The translations under genes and the position numbers were made by a program. The notes below the pieces were generated by a model that saw only the letters and a program-made list of their open reading frames with translations, was not told where the DNA came from and searched no databases. A stretch of DNA of 64,000 nucleotides, taken from the IMG/VR virus record IMGVR_UViG_3300032315_000979, positions 32,001-96,000 of that record; one strand, written 5' to 3'. This document shows positions 19,397-30,300 of the stretch, one piece after another; the stretch's first letter is position 1, and each line of letters begins with the position of its first letter. Source of the stretch: a virus.

Positions 19397-20226
19397 TGCC
19401 GCAATTTCCATCATCAAGAGGAGCTTCTGGTATTTGGTCGTTAAAAAAACATAGAAATTTTAAGATAGGGAATAACCTTCCTCCTGCACTTGACGGTTCC
19501 ACTGAAGCGTTGGCTGCACCAAGCGCTCTTTACTTGCGTAATGAACTTGAAATAAAAACAAGTGGTAATTATTGGATAAAGCCAGCAGGATATAGTGGAG
19601 CAGCAGTTCTTCTTTGGTGCGATATGACCAATCTTGGTGGAGGTTGGGTTCTTATTGGTAAAGGTCGTCAATCTTCTGATAACAGTGGTGGTTGGTTTGG
19701 AACAAATAACGAACTATCTCTTTCTGGACTGCAGCAAGCAAATGCTTTTTCCGCAGGCATAAGCAAAGTGAGTTCTTCATTTGTTAATTATTTAATGAAC
19801 GGAACATCTAGCGGATGGAAAAATTTTGACGGCGAAAACTATCTTGTAGCAAATAGAATTAGCAATGCCACCGATGGCTATTCTGGCATTGGAGATAGCT
19901 TTTATCATAAGATAACTAATCAATCAGCATTTGCGTGGGTTGATCAATTTGGTTCCACCCCAACAGACGGTGGAACTAATGCAGGGACAGGAGTTAATCG
20001 CCGTTATCCAAATATTTGGCTAGGCGGGACTCAAACATCTACAGATGTTTCTGGATTTCGTGATAATGATTTTGGTTCAGGAAATGGAACGGCAAGACTA
20101 TTTACTTGGCACTGGAGTGGTCACGGTGTCCATCATGGTTGGTCTTCTGGCTCAACTGAAACTCGTGGTTTTCAAAATGGTTCTGAAGCCCACGCTATTC
20201 AATTTGTCCAATTATGGGCAAGATAA
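19396..20226 (+). CDS. Adhesin with a fibrinogen-like/lectin-type domain
   Basis: DGST...AAPSA, SGNYWIKP and WCDMTNLGGGWVLI motifs. N-terminus is shared with the preceding gene. Confidence 0.7.
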   Translation: MPQFPSSRGASGIWSLKKHRNFKIGNNLPPALDGSTEALAAPSALYLRNELEIKTSGNYWIKPAGYSGAAVLLWCDMTNLGGGWVLIGKGRQSSDNSGGWFGTNNELSLSGLQQANAFSAGISKVSSSFVNYLMNGTSSGWKNFDGENYLVANRISNATDGYSGIGDSFYHKITNQSAFAWVDQFGSTPTDGGTNAGTGVNRRYPNIWLGGTQTSTDVSGFRDNDFGSGNGTARLFTWHWSGHGVHHGWSSGSTETRGFQNGSEAHAIQFVQLWAR

Positions 20227-20276
20227 GCATAAAAATTCGTAAAAAAGTTCTTTATAATCTATAATGGATACTAACT

Positions 20277-20438
20277 ATGGCTGCCATTAATTTTCCCTCT
20301 GATCCTGATATTGATGATACGCATTCTGCCAATGGAAAAACTTGGATTTGGGATGGGGAAAAGTGGATTATGAATACGCAAAATGTTACTAATAAAATTA
20401 ATGATTTAGAAGTATCGTTAGCAATGCAGACTTTTTAA
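20277..20438 (+). CDS. 53-aa fibre-related protein (not in the ORF track)
   Basis: Translates as MAAINFPSDPDIDDTHSANGKTWIWDGEKWIMNTQNVTNKINDLEVSLAMQTF. The INFP..P......NG.TW.WDG.KW motif is typical of fibre N-termini. Confidence 0.6.
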   Translation: MAAINFPSDPDIDDTHSANGKTWIWDGEKWIMNTQNVTNKINDLEVSLAMQTF

Positions 20439-20458
20439 AGGCTGAAAAATAGTAATAC

Positions 20459-20467
20459 TGTTATAAT
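20459..20467 (+). promoter_or_regulatory. Extended -10 promoter, probably leaderless
   Basis: TGtTATAAT, 6 nt before ATG 20474. Confidence 0.65.
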
Positions 20468-20473
20468 TGTATT

Positions 20474-21403
20474 ATGGATGATGTAAAGATTGAAACAAGC
20501 AAAACACTAACTTTAACGCTTCCAAGCGACCCTACATCTAATGTGGTGTCAGTTAGTTTGTATCATGAGTTTGGATCACTTGTTTCTGGTCCAACAAACG
20601 CAACAAGATCAAGTGCTGGAGTTTATACCATCACCTATGGTCAAGCAGCTTCTGGTATCTATATCTTAAATGCTGCGGGAAGATATCGTGCTGATTTTAC
20701 ATATACGATAAGTTCAACATCATACACACAGTCACAATACTTTAATGTCTATACGCCATACATTGATATTGACACCTTCTTTGAAGACCATCCAGAGCTT
20801 GAAACCGATTGGTATGACAAGTTTGAAAAGATGGAAAAGAAGGTAAGGAATATTATCAATACTTATTGTGGTCAGTCCTTTGAATACTATCCTAATAAAT
20901 ATCTTGAAGTCATGGGTTCTGGAAAGAATACACTTCATATCCCAAACCCAATCACTACGCTAAGAAAAGTCACATCCGACCCAGGAACAAATGATGAAAC
21001 GGTTCTGCACGACTACTCCGATGCAACTTTAAATCACATTGAGAAAATCAGAGAGCCTCACAGCTTCGGTAGCTCCTACTACCTGCAATTTAGAAAATCT
21101 GTTCTGGATAGCGTGAATGTTCTTTTGCTTGTAAATAGATTTGATAAGCAAAGTATTTACAGAGTTGAAGGCGATTTTGGTTGGCAATTTGTTCCGAACA
21201 ATATTGAGCAGGCAGCGGATCTTTTGCTGGTTGACATGATGAATGATGATTCTGAATTCAGAAGGCATGGAATTCAAAGAGTTGAAATGGATACAATTAG
21301 ATATGAAATCAATACCACAAACTTCTTTGAGACAACGGGCAACATTGATGCAGATGTCCTTCTTATGGACTACACGCTGTTTGTAATGGACTATGTGGTT
21401 TAA
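20474..21403 (+). CDS. Head-to-tail adaptor with an N-terminal Ig-like extension
   Basis: IINTYCGQSF...V.GDFGW..VP.NIEQAA.LL...TGN..AD.LL.DY. Confidence 0.7.
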   Translation: MDDVKIETSKTLTLTLPSDPTSNVVSVSLYHEFGSLVSGPTNATRSSAGVYTITYGQAASGIYILNAAGRYRADFTYTISSTSYTQSQYFNVYTPYIDIDTFFEDHPELETDWYDKFEKMEKKVRNIINTYCGQSFEYYPNKYLEVMGSGKNTLHIPNPITTLRKVTSDPGTNDETVLHDYSDATLNHIEKIREPHSFGSSYYLQFRKSVLDSVNVLLLVNRFDKQSIYRVEGDFGWQFVPNNIEQAADLLLVDMMNDDSEFRRHGIQRVEMDTIRYEINTTNFFETTGNIDADVLLMDYTLFVMDYVV

Positions 21404-21778
21404 ATGTCTAACGGTGTTTTTATAAACCTTCCGCACAAAATGGATGTCTACACTAAGACAACATCTGTTAATGCTGCTGGGCAACAAACAACATCATACA
21501 CAATGTCGGGAACAATTAAAGCCCTGTATCAGTCAATGTCTTCTGAAAGAAGAACATATCCGTATGTTGCAAATATTGACGAAGTTGAATTTTTTATTTC
21601 ACACAAAGATGCTCAGTATGCAAACTATAGCAATAAAATTCAAAATGTAGTTGACCGCTACGGTAATTCAATAGTTGATTATCCAGTAGAGATTGTAAAC
21701 ATTGATAAAAGAACTGGTTATAACGGTAAGGTTAGAATGATTCTTTTAACTTGTAGGAAGATTACAGAAAATGCTTAG
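21404..21778 (+). CDS. Head-to-tail stopper / head closure protein
   Basis: Size and position after the adaptor. Confidence 0.55.
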   Translation: MSNGVFINLPHKMDVYTKTTSVNAAGQQTTSYTMSGTIKALYQSMSSERRTYPYVANIDEVEFFISHKDAQYANYSNKIQNVVDRYGNSIVDYPVEIVNIDKRTGYNGKVRMILLTCRKITENA

Positions 21779-22301
21779 TATTCAGGTCAACAAGTCAGCT
21801 TTGATTCAAACAGAGATGGCGGCTATCTACTATTCAGTCCTACCAGTCCGAGTTCAGCATGCACAGGTGCAGGCAATGATGAGGTCAAAGCGTGACATGA
21901 AGATGGCAACAGCCGATCTAGGAAGGGCTGCAAAGTATTTACAATACGAAATCATTCCATTTGGTCCAACAGGCATGACTTTAAAAGTAAAACCATATCC
22001 AAAAGGGTCATTTAGAAAAGATGGTGGAAATATCCAGATCGGGTCTGCAATTCTTTTAACTGGTAAAAAAGGTGGTGGTGTAATCAGAGGAAAAGGAAAT
22101 GGGATTATGAAAGTAAGATCAGCCTCTGTTGCACAAGGCTATTCGGAGTTCTATAGAGCTGTTAGAAAAGTAGCAATTCCTTCAAAAAGAAAAGAAATTA
22201 GAGAGATTGCAAAACAAGTTATTATTAAAAACCTTAAACAAGAATTTATTAGACAAGGTTTTACCGCAAGAGGTGCTGGCGGGGTGGATGTGGTAAGGTA
22301 G
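21771..22301 (+). CDS. Neck / tail completion protein (basic)
   Basis: Synteny only. Confidence 0.45.
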   Translation: MLSIQVNKSALIQTEMAAIYYSVLPVRVQHAQVQAMMRSKRDMKMATADLGRAAKYLQYEIIPFGPTGMTLKVKPYPKGSFRKDGGNIQIGSAILLTGKKGGGVIRGKGNGIMKVRSASVAQGYSEFYRAVRKVAIPSKRKEIREIAKQVIIKNLKQEFIRQGFTARGAGGVDVVR

Positions 22302-22304
22302 TTT

Positions 22305-22715
22305 ATGCCAATTAGCGTCTATTCTATAAACACTTATCTTAAGGCAGATACTACTCTGGCTAATATTGCTGGAAAAGTTATGAACTTTTTTCCAGTAATT
22401 GGCTACAGCACAGAAACAGCTCCTTTTGTAATTTACTATTACAATCCACATATCCCATCTGTTGAGTCATACTGGAACAGGTATGACGCAATTAGGTATT
22501 CTATTTATGATTCGGATGTTGACAGGTTATTTCAAATCTCAGAAAGATTAATCAAACTCCTTGGAGAAGGAGATCAGATTCAAGGAAATGTTGCCAGTTC
22601 AAGCGTAAGAGTTCTTAGCTCACAACTGGTATCAAGTTCTTTGTCAGAGCCTATTGAGAAAGAAGGTTGGTACCAAATGGACCTTGATTTCTCGCTGTTC
22701 TCAGTGAGCCTCTGA
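22305..22715 (+). CDS. Tail terminator protein
   Basis: L.AD..L......PFVIY pattern. Lies before the major tail gene. Confidence 0.6.
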   Translation: MPISVYSINTYLKADTTLANIAGKVMNFFPVIGYSTETAPFVIYYYNPHIPSVESYWNRYDAIRYSIYDSDVDRLFQISERLIKLLGEGDQIQGNVASSSVRVLSSQLVSSSLSEPIEKEGWYQMDLDFSLFSVSL

Positions 22716-22740
22716 TATATTTGTGGTATCATAAAAGTAT

Positions 22741-22935
22741 ATGAAGTATAATGTAATTACATACATCGGCAAGACTCCAGGGTTTTCCGTGAAACTAGGT
22801 AAAGAGGTTTATGAGTTTGAGTGGCAAAAAGGCGTAGGAATAGGTCGCCGCTCAGATGAAATAAAATTAGATCACGCCGTGAAGATTTCTAAATGGCGAG
22901 ATCGCAAGGGCAAGAAAATATTTGTCCTTGAATAA
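22741..22935 (+). CDS. Small hypothetical protein
   Basis: ATG 8 nt after TGgTATCAT (22724-32). Confidence 0.6.
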   Translation: MKYNVITYIGKTPGFSVKLGKEVYEFEWQKGVGIGRRSDEIKLDHAVKISKWRDRKGKKIFVLE

Positions 22936-22950
22936 CAGGAGGATAGTAAA

Positions 22951-23529
22951 ATGGCAGTAACAACTTCCAATATCGTAGTTGGTGAGGCTTCAGTAAAGAC
23001 TGGTGCTTCTAACATTACGATGACGAATGCAGATTTTGATAGCTTGACAGATGTGGGCGCAACCCAAGGTGGTCTTGAAATTTCGTGGGAACCAGACATG
23101 GTTGACATTGAAATTGACCAGTACGGTGACGCAGCAAAGGTCATTCAGTCAAAGGTGAAAGTAATGGTTAAGACAACCCTTGCAGAAGGAACTCTTAATA
23201 ACCTTGCAACAGCATGGAGCTATGACAATACAACTGGTGGAAATGACATCAAAGCAAACAATGATGGCGCAAACACCAAGACCTTGTTGTTCGGTTCGCA
23301 GAGCGTGTACCCATACGAGTACGCAATCCAAGTAACTGGATATGCCCCAGGTTCAACAGCAGCAGTGACAAAGACACGCAAGTTTAACACTAAGCGAGCA
23401 GTGTCAATGACCACTTCAATGCTATCAATGAAGAGAGCAGAAGCTTCAGTTTTTGAAGTTTCGTTCCGTGTTCTTCCAGTAGTCGGTGACACTGGTTACG
23501 AATATGGCAAGATCATTGACCAAAGCTAA
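22951..23529 (+). CDS. Major tail (tube) protein
   Basis: SD AGGAGG. NIVVG.A...VGATQGGLEI.WEP...DIEIDQ...KTTLAEGTL.NL..AW...F.V.FR.LP...YG.I.D. Confidence 0.85.
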   Translation: MAVTTSNIVVGEASVKTGASNITMTNADFDSLTDVGATQGGLEISWEPDMVDIEIDQYGDAAKVIQSKVKVMVKTTLAEGTLNNLATAWSYDNTTGGNDIKANNDGANTKTLLFGSQSVYPYEYAIQVTGYAPGSTAAVTKTRKFNTKRAVSMTTSMLSMKRAEASVFEVSFRVLPVVGDTGYEYGKIIDQS

Positions 23530-23552
23530 TTAAAACCAAAAGTTTGTACTAA

Positions 23553-23603
23553 GCGAAAACTCCTGAGAGTCGGTATGATATACTGAAACTTGGGAGTTTT
23601 TGC
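23553..23603 (+). terminator. Long imperfect hairpin between the major tail and chaperone genes
   Basis: Outer arms GCGAAAACTCCTGAG / CTTGGGAGTTTTTGC. Inner stem TCGGTAT-gat-ATACTGA, with G-U pairs. Confidence 0.55.
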
Positions 23604-23641
23604 ATTATTCCCACTATTATAAAACAAGGAGCACATAAAAA

Positions 23642-23950
23642 ATGGCAACAAATACTGATCTGTTTAAGGGTACTGAGATTACATTTTCTGATGGAAAGAA
23701 GAGAATCGTAAAGCCTTTGACAATTAAGCACCTTCGTGAATTCATGAAGGTTGCAAACGATATGAAGTCCAATGATGAAGCTGGAATGACTGATGAGGAC
23801 ATTGATAAGATGATCGCAGCAGCCTCAATCGCACTGAGAAAGGCTGATCCAGAGTTGGCTGCAAATCGTGATTTGCTTGAAGACATTCTTGACCTTAGAA
23901 CATTTGGTGAAGTAATGGCTGCAGCAATGGGTAACGACCCAAACCAATAA
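23642..23950 (+). CDS. Tail assembly chaperone (G)
   Basis: Lies between the major tail and tape measure genes. SD AAGGAG. Slippery heptamer at the 3' end. Confidence 0.85.
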   Translation: MATNTDLFKGTEITFSDGKKRIVKPLTIKHLREFMKVANDMKSNDEAGMTDEDIDKMIAAASIALRKADPELAANRDLLEDILDLRTFGEVMAAAMGNDPNQ

Positions 23951-23983
23951 ACGGGGATGGCGAGGGTGGTGAACCCTTGTCAT
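23938..23983 (+). promoter_or_regulatory. Programmed -1 frameshift signal
   Basis: C CCA AAC heptamer (23938-44). The -1 frame is open into ORF 23977. An 11-bp hairpin lies at 23957-83. Confidence 0.8.
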
Positions 23984-24273
23984 GGAATGAGATTCCCCTT
24001 CTCAAATATGAATCAGAAATATTTGTACAGGTCGGTGCATGGAAAAATCTAGAGGAGTTAGAGGAATCTCTAATCCTTCATGAGATGTTTCTATTGTACC
24101 GAGCTTGTACCAATGAATTCAGTAAGAATATCAAAGCACTCGCCTTGGCTCAAGGCGCTGATGTTGACTTTGAAGATGACTGGTACTCGCCAGAAGATAG
24201 AGTACCAGATGAGCCAATGAGACCATTTGAAGTAATGAACTTCGGCATTCCATTGGGATATCAAGCAGATTAA
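23938..24273 (+). CDS. Tail assembly chaperone extension (T part of the G-T fusion)
   Basis: The -1 frame reads PKPINGDGEGGEPLSWNEIPLLKYESEIF... No obvious SD precedes the TTG at 23977. Confidence 0.75.
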   Translation, partial: PKPINGDGEGGEPLSWNEIPLLKYESEIFVQVGAWKNLEELEESLILHEMFLLYRACTNEFSKNIKALALAQGADVDFEDDWYSPEDRVPDEPMRPFEVMNFGIPLGYQAD

Positions 24274-24321
24274 TGATTGCTGATTATCTAAAAAAATGGG
24301 ATAATATTTGTTGGTACAAAC

Positions 24322-27300
24322 ATGTCTGATGTTGATCTAATAATTAATGTACATACTAATGGCGTTAAGGATATTACTAACCTTAGTGCTGCCACTAGAG
24401 CCTTAGCCCTCAATCTAAGGGGTATTACAGTACCAATGAGCAAGCTTGATGCTCACAGCCGAGCTGTGAACAAAGCTCTTGGAATGACAAACAGAAGCAT
24501 GAATGATCATGCAAAGACTGCCAAGCAGATGATTGCAAATCAGAAGGCTCTGAGTGCAGAAACTAAGCGTGTTCAATCAAACATCAAGTCATACGCTATG
24601 GCTATTCAATCAGCTGGTGGTACAACCACAGCGTTTGGTAGAGAGCTGATCCAAAGCAGGAATGAATTAAAGCAATTTAGTTCAACCCTAAGAGGCTTGC
24701 GAATTAGAGCATTTGGCTCAGACCTTGGTTCAATATCACTAAAACTACAACGAATTGGTAAAGACGCACAGTTTGTTGGTAGAAGCTTGATGATTAACCT
24801 CACAGCTCCAATCCTTCTATTTGCAAGAATGGGCTTCCAGAGCTTGTTGAAGGTTGATGAGCAATTTGTAAGATTGACAAAGGTTCTTGAAGGCGTTGCT
24901 ATGACAACCGATCAAGCAAACTCAAAGCTTAAAGATTATCTTGGTCCAGACAAGGAGAAGAGAGTCAAGCAAATGACCGACTCCTTTAGAGAACTAAATA
25001 CCGCTTTGACCGAGCAAAGCGCAAGATTCGGTGTCGCAAAAGATTTAGTAGTTAGTCTGGCTGTTGATTTTGCAGAACTTGGTGTTACTGCAAATGAAAA
25101 TATTGTAGCACTTACTGAATTAGCATTAGCTGCAGAAAAATTGGGAGGAATGGATGCATCTGGTGCGCAAGATCTATCCTCAGCCTTGTTCTTTAATGCA
25201 ACGAGAGCATACGAGGTTGCTGGTGCATTTGATGATGTAACAACAGCTGCTGAGCGTGAATCTAAAGCTATAGCGTCAGCAACAGTTCAGCTCAACATGT
25301 TCAACACAATTGAAAATGTCACCGCACTTTCATTGAAAGACCTTGCTGATTCACTACCTGAACTTGGAGGTATGGCGCTAAGTTTCGGACTATCAATGAC
25401 AGAAGCAGCCGCTCTGCTTGCACCAATGAAGGCTGCTGGTTTTGATATTGGCGCATCTGCAAACTCAATTAAAGTATCTTTGCAAAGAGCAATTGTTCCA
25501 ACTAAGCAAAATGTTGAACTACTAGCAAAACTTTCTAAGCAATATGGTGTTACTGGCAAATCTGGTAACGCATTTAGCGAATCAACAAAGACTGGTCTAA
25601 CAGGACTTCAAGCTATTGTTGATATTTTTGGAAAAGTTGTTGAAGGTGGAAAAAACACTGAAGCTGGACTGAAACTGATGTCTGAAATATTTGAAAAGCG
25701 TCAGGGTCCAAGAATGTATGTTGCTATTGAACAATTGAATCAGTTTGATGCTGCTTTGAAAAATGTTAATGCTAATCAATCACCAGAAAGATTGATGGCA
25801 GGTGTTGCTGAAGCATCCATTAGAGCCTTTAATAAACTTAACGGCACAGCACTCCCAGAAACAATAAGTCAGTTTAGTGATATTGGTGTTATCGCAAGAA
25901 TTGCTACTGCTGAAGTTGGAGCATTAGTTGATGGGTTTAAAGGCAAAGGTGCAGGCGGTGGTATTACAGCAGCAGAAAAGAAAGGTGCTATGGAGGCACG
26001 AGATGCTGTAGCCAAGCTGATTAAAGAGAAGAAATTAAATGAAGATATTGACTTAATCAGCCAAGTTAAAACACAGGCTGGTCGTGCTCTGCTTGTTGAG
26101 CTTGCAGGTGCATCTGGCGCTGCGGATGTAGCAAACATGGAATTAGAGCAGTCATTGAAATCTCTTTCGGTTGCTACTCAGAGAATAAAGATTGCATTTA
26201 AAAACTTTGCTGCAGATGTGCTTAGAAATGTAGCTCCATCACTAAAGAAGTTGTCTGATACGATCAACAGTCTTTATCTAAAATGGCAAGCACTAAGTGA
26301 CACAACAAGAGAAAGAATATCCAAATTAATTCTTGGCTTCCTCGGTTTCTTAGCAGTAATGGCACCAGTAATTCTTGCATTAGGAACAATGCAATCATCT
26401 ATCGGTGTGCTTGGAAGAACCGCTACATTCTTCTTACCGAAGCTAAAGAATTTTGAAGGTGGTCTTGTAGGAATTGCTGGTGGAGCAAAGAAAGCAACCA
26501 CGGCAATGACAGATATGTATAACAGTTTCCTTGGCAAGAAACAACCACTTTCTATGCTTCCAAGTTTTGCACCTGCTGGCGGTACAGCATCATCAATGAT
26601 TGGTATGCCAACAAGAGTTGGTCGCAACATCACACTCCCTGGCAATATTGCTCCAACCCCAACACCACTAACTGGACTTACAGGCGCTGCTAGAACAAGT
26701 GCCATCAATGCAAACAGAGCAGCGAGGCTTTCTCATGCAGCAACAGGAAGACTGGGTGTAGATCAGTATCTTAGAAATGAAGCAAGTATGCTTTCTGCTA
26801 ATAATATGCGACTTAATGCTCGTGGTCGTGTAATTGGTCCAAGGGGTGGTTTTGTTGGTGGTAACATTCTTGGAAAAATTTCTGAAGCATCAGTATTAAG
26901 AGAAGCCGCTCTTGCGGATTCTGGAATCTCTAGAACAATGTCTGGAGGCGCAAGGCTTGCTACAAAGAGAGGCTTTGTAGATGTTACTGAAGACAGAGCA
27001 TTAAGAATTGCTCGTGGTGGTATTGGTGGTGCAATAGCAAGAAGAACAGCGGCGCTTCCTGGTTTGGCTGATTCATTTACTTCAGCTACTGGCGTAACAG
27101 GAAGAGGTTTTGCAAGAGGAATGCTACCTACCCGTGGAGGGATCGCAACTGGTGCAGGAAATGTTAGAGGTTTAGCGTCAGCTGCATTTAACGCTGGTCC
27201 AGTTGCTGCTTACACAAAGTCGGTGCAAGGTGCTAAAGCTGCAGTTCAAGCAATGAAGATTGAACAGATGGCTTTGGGTGGTAGCGCTGGAAAAATTAGA

Positions 27301-30300
27301 ACAATGTCAACTGCAATGACTGGTTTTATGAAAGCTACAAAGCTTGGAACGGTTGCTCTTAAGTTAATGAAGATTGCTTTGATATCAACTGGTATTGGCG
27401 CAATCATGCTGGGCATCGGTGTTGCTGTTTATATCATTGTTAAAAACTTTAGTGCTTTTAAAGATAAAGCATCTAATGCAATACTAAGAGTCAAGAACGC
27501 ATGGGCAATATTTAAAGAATCTATTGGGATGCTAATTCAGCCTTTTGTAGATTTGTTTTCAATAATCGGTGGTGGTTCTAAGAAAGGTGGAGATGCTGTT
27601 GGCGGTCTTGCAAGCGCATTTGATTTAGTTGGGAAAGTACTACAGAAAGTAGCTTCTTGGTTTAAGATGCTGGTTGAAAACTTTATTCAGCCATATCTGT
27701 ACATGATTATTGATATTGTAATGTTTGTTGTTTCAATATTCCAAGGCAACTGGGGTAAAGCTTTTGATTACCTTGTTGCCGCTACCTCTGGTGCAGTAAA
27801 GATTGTTATTAAGTTAATTGCCGCTTTGCTAAAAGGAATGGTGTGGATCACCGCTGGTGGAATTAAGTTGATAATCGGATACTTTACACTAATTCCAAAA
27901 GCTGTTGCTAAAGTGTTTAGTTTCCTTGAAAGAATTCCAGGTGTTGGTGGAATATTTGGATGGATTGGTGACAGTATCAATTTCGTTATTGACGGTCTTT
28001 ATGGATTGGTTGATGCGGGTAAAAATGCTGCTAGTGGTGCCATTGATGCAGTAGCTAACGCAGCAACTGGATTGCTAGATAAGGGCGTATCTAAGGGTAT
28101 CAGCTCAGCCGAGGGTAAAATCAGTAATGATACAAAGATTAAAGACGCAGCAGAAGAAACTGGTGAAGAAGCTGGCGAAATCATGGGTAACTCCTTTGGT
28201 GATGGCTTTGAAGAGTCTGACGCTACTGGAAAAATTGCAAAAGCCATTGAAGAGGGCATTGTTGATGCCATTCAGAAACTTCAAGATTATGTTGCTGGAG
28301 AGATGGCAGATGCATTAACTAAGTTTGTAGATGCATCCGTTAAGGCTCTTGAAAAGCAAAAAACATCTGCTCTAAAAGTATTTGATGTCCAAATCAAAAC
28401 ACTTGGTAAGCTTGAAAAAGCAGAAGAATCGCTTACCAAGAAGAAAGAATACGAAAATAATAGAAGAAAGATTATTGACAACCAAGCTCTTAGTAATGAG
28501 CAGTTCCGTAGAAACTATGCATTGGCTGTTTATGAAGGTCGTGTTGATGACGCAAGAATGCTACAGCTTCAGCAGAGCGCTGATGAAAAAGGATTTAGTA
28601 GTGACCTTTTAACAATTGAGCAAGAAAGGTCAAAGGATCTCGCAAAAGAAAACCTTGATGCTCTCAAGGAAGCTATTAACGAAGCAAAAGATGCAGCTTC
28701 ATTATTCTTTGAAGAATCAATTGCTAAGTTCCAAGAGTCTGCTGCTCTAATTACAAAGGTTGCACCAGTTACTGTTGAACAATATACGGCGCAACTACAA
28801 GAACTTCAAACATTAACAGAAACAAACGCTACCAATATGAATACAACATTTGGTGCGATGTTTGAAATTTTTGCAACCACAATTGCAGACAAGATGCCAA
28901 ACAAGGTTATTGGACCATTTGCAACAAATCTTGACGAACTTGTATTAGTAGCAAAAGAAAAATTTGGTCTTGGATCTGATAAGAGTGAAAACACTGTAAT
29001 TGGTATTACTATCGGAATGCTCGCTGGAATGGGAGTACAGTTTGGTGAAGGAAAGCAATTAGTAATTGATTCGTTCGGTGTAATAACATCTGGTCTCGCT
29101 CAAAACTTTACGGATATGAAGACCAAGTTCTTGGATGAGGTTAAGAGCGATTTCATTACAAACTTTAAGAAGGCACTGGATGAAGCAGAGCCAACAAAGG
29201 TTTTCAATCAAGCAATCATTGATGGAAACCTAAGCATCCTTAGAAGCTTCCAGAACATGGTGGATCTAAACCCAGCACTGATGGAGAAGTTAAGAAAGAG
29301 TCTTGATCCAGCAATTAATAAATACCTTGAACTAAAAGCAGCCGCAGATGCAGCAAAAGATGCAGCAGGAGCTGCAGCAGACGCAGCAGCAGGCGGTGGG
29401 GGCGGTGGTGGTGGAGGTGGAGGCACTGGTTCCCAACCAGGACCAGGAACACCTGCAGGTGGAAGAGCAGATGCATTTGCAAGAAATAATGAACTCAGAG
29501 CTGCCAGAAATCTAAGAGCACTTACATATCAAGAATTTATTGGAAATTACAAGGGCTTCAAGAAGGGTGGAATAATTCCATCAAGAACGCAAAATCAAAA
29601 TCAAGGGTATCCAGAGGGCTTCATCCCAGCTCCAACACAAGAAGGTGTACCAACGCTTCTTCATGGTGGAGAATACATTCTTAATGCGAAGGCGGTTTCA
29701 AGAATCGGTGTAGGTGCTTTGAATAAGATGAATAATAACCTTATTCCAAAATTCCTTAAGGGTGGTCAGGTTCCAGGTGGAAAGAAAGGTACAGCTTCAA
29801 ACACAAGAGGAACGGCAGATCGTCTTGAACAGAAAGTTACCAATAAAACATCTGCTTCGCCAAGTTCATTAAAAGCTCCAATAGACTTGTCAAAAATTCA
29901 AGGCGTTACTTTAAAACCGACTACACCTGTTAGTCCAAAAATTCCAGGAATTGCAACACCTGGTCACACCTATAGCTCCTCAGAGATAAAAAAACTTACA
30001 ATGCGACCAAACACTTATTTGGTTCCAGCCCCATCTTTCACATCCCCTGGAACTAAACAAGCGCCTAAAGAGTTCTTCCAAGTTGCAACAAGACAAGAAG
30101 CGCTTTCTTATGCACAAATAAAAATGCAAAATGATGCTAAGGCAGCACAAAGAGCAGAGCAAGAAAAGTGGACAACATGGGAAAGATTTATTGGTCAAAA
30201 CACAGTTAATGGGGTCTCAACAATAGGTGGTCCATATAAACAATCGGGTATTGCAAGTGCAATTGAAAAATTCCCACTCGCAGGACTTCTTGTAAAAGAT

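Noticed and set aside
19396-20226. Diversity-generating retroelement target (lectin-like adhesin)
   Set aside because: No reverse transcriptase and no template/variable repeat pair were recognised in the window.
22741-22935. Third copy of the SGAGYST domain
   Set aside because: Only vague similarity in size and hydrophobic pattern, with no convincing alignment by eye.
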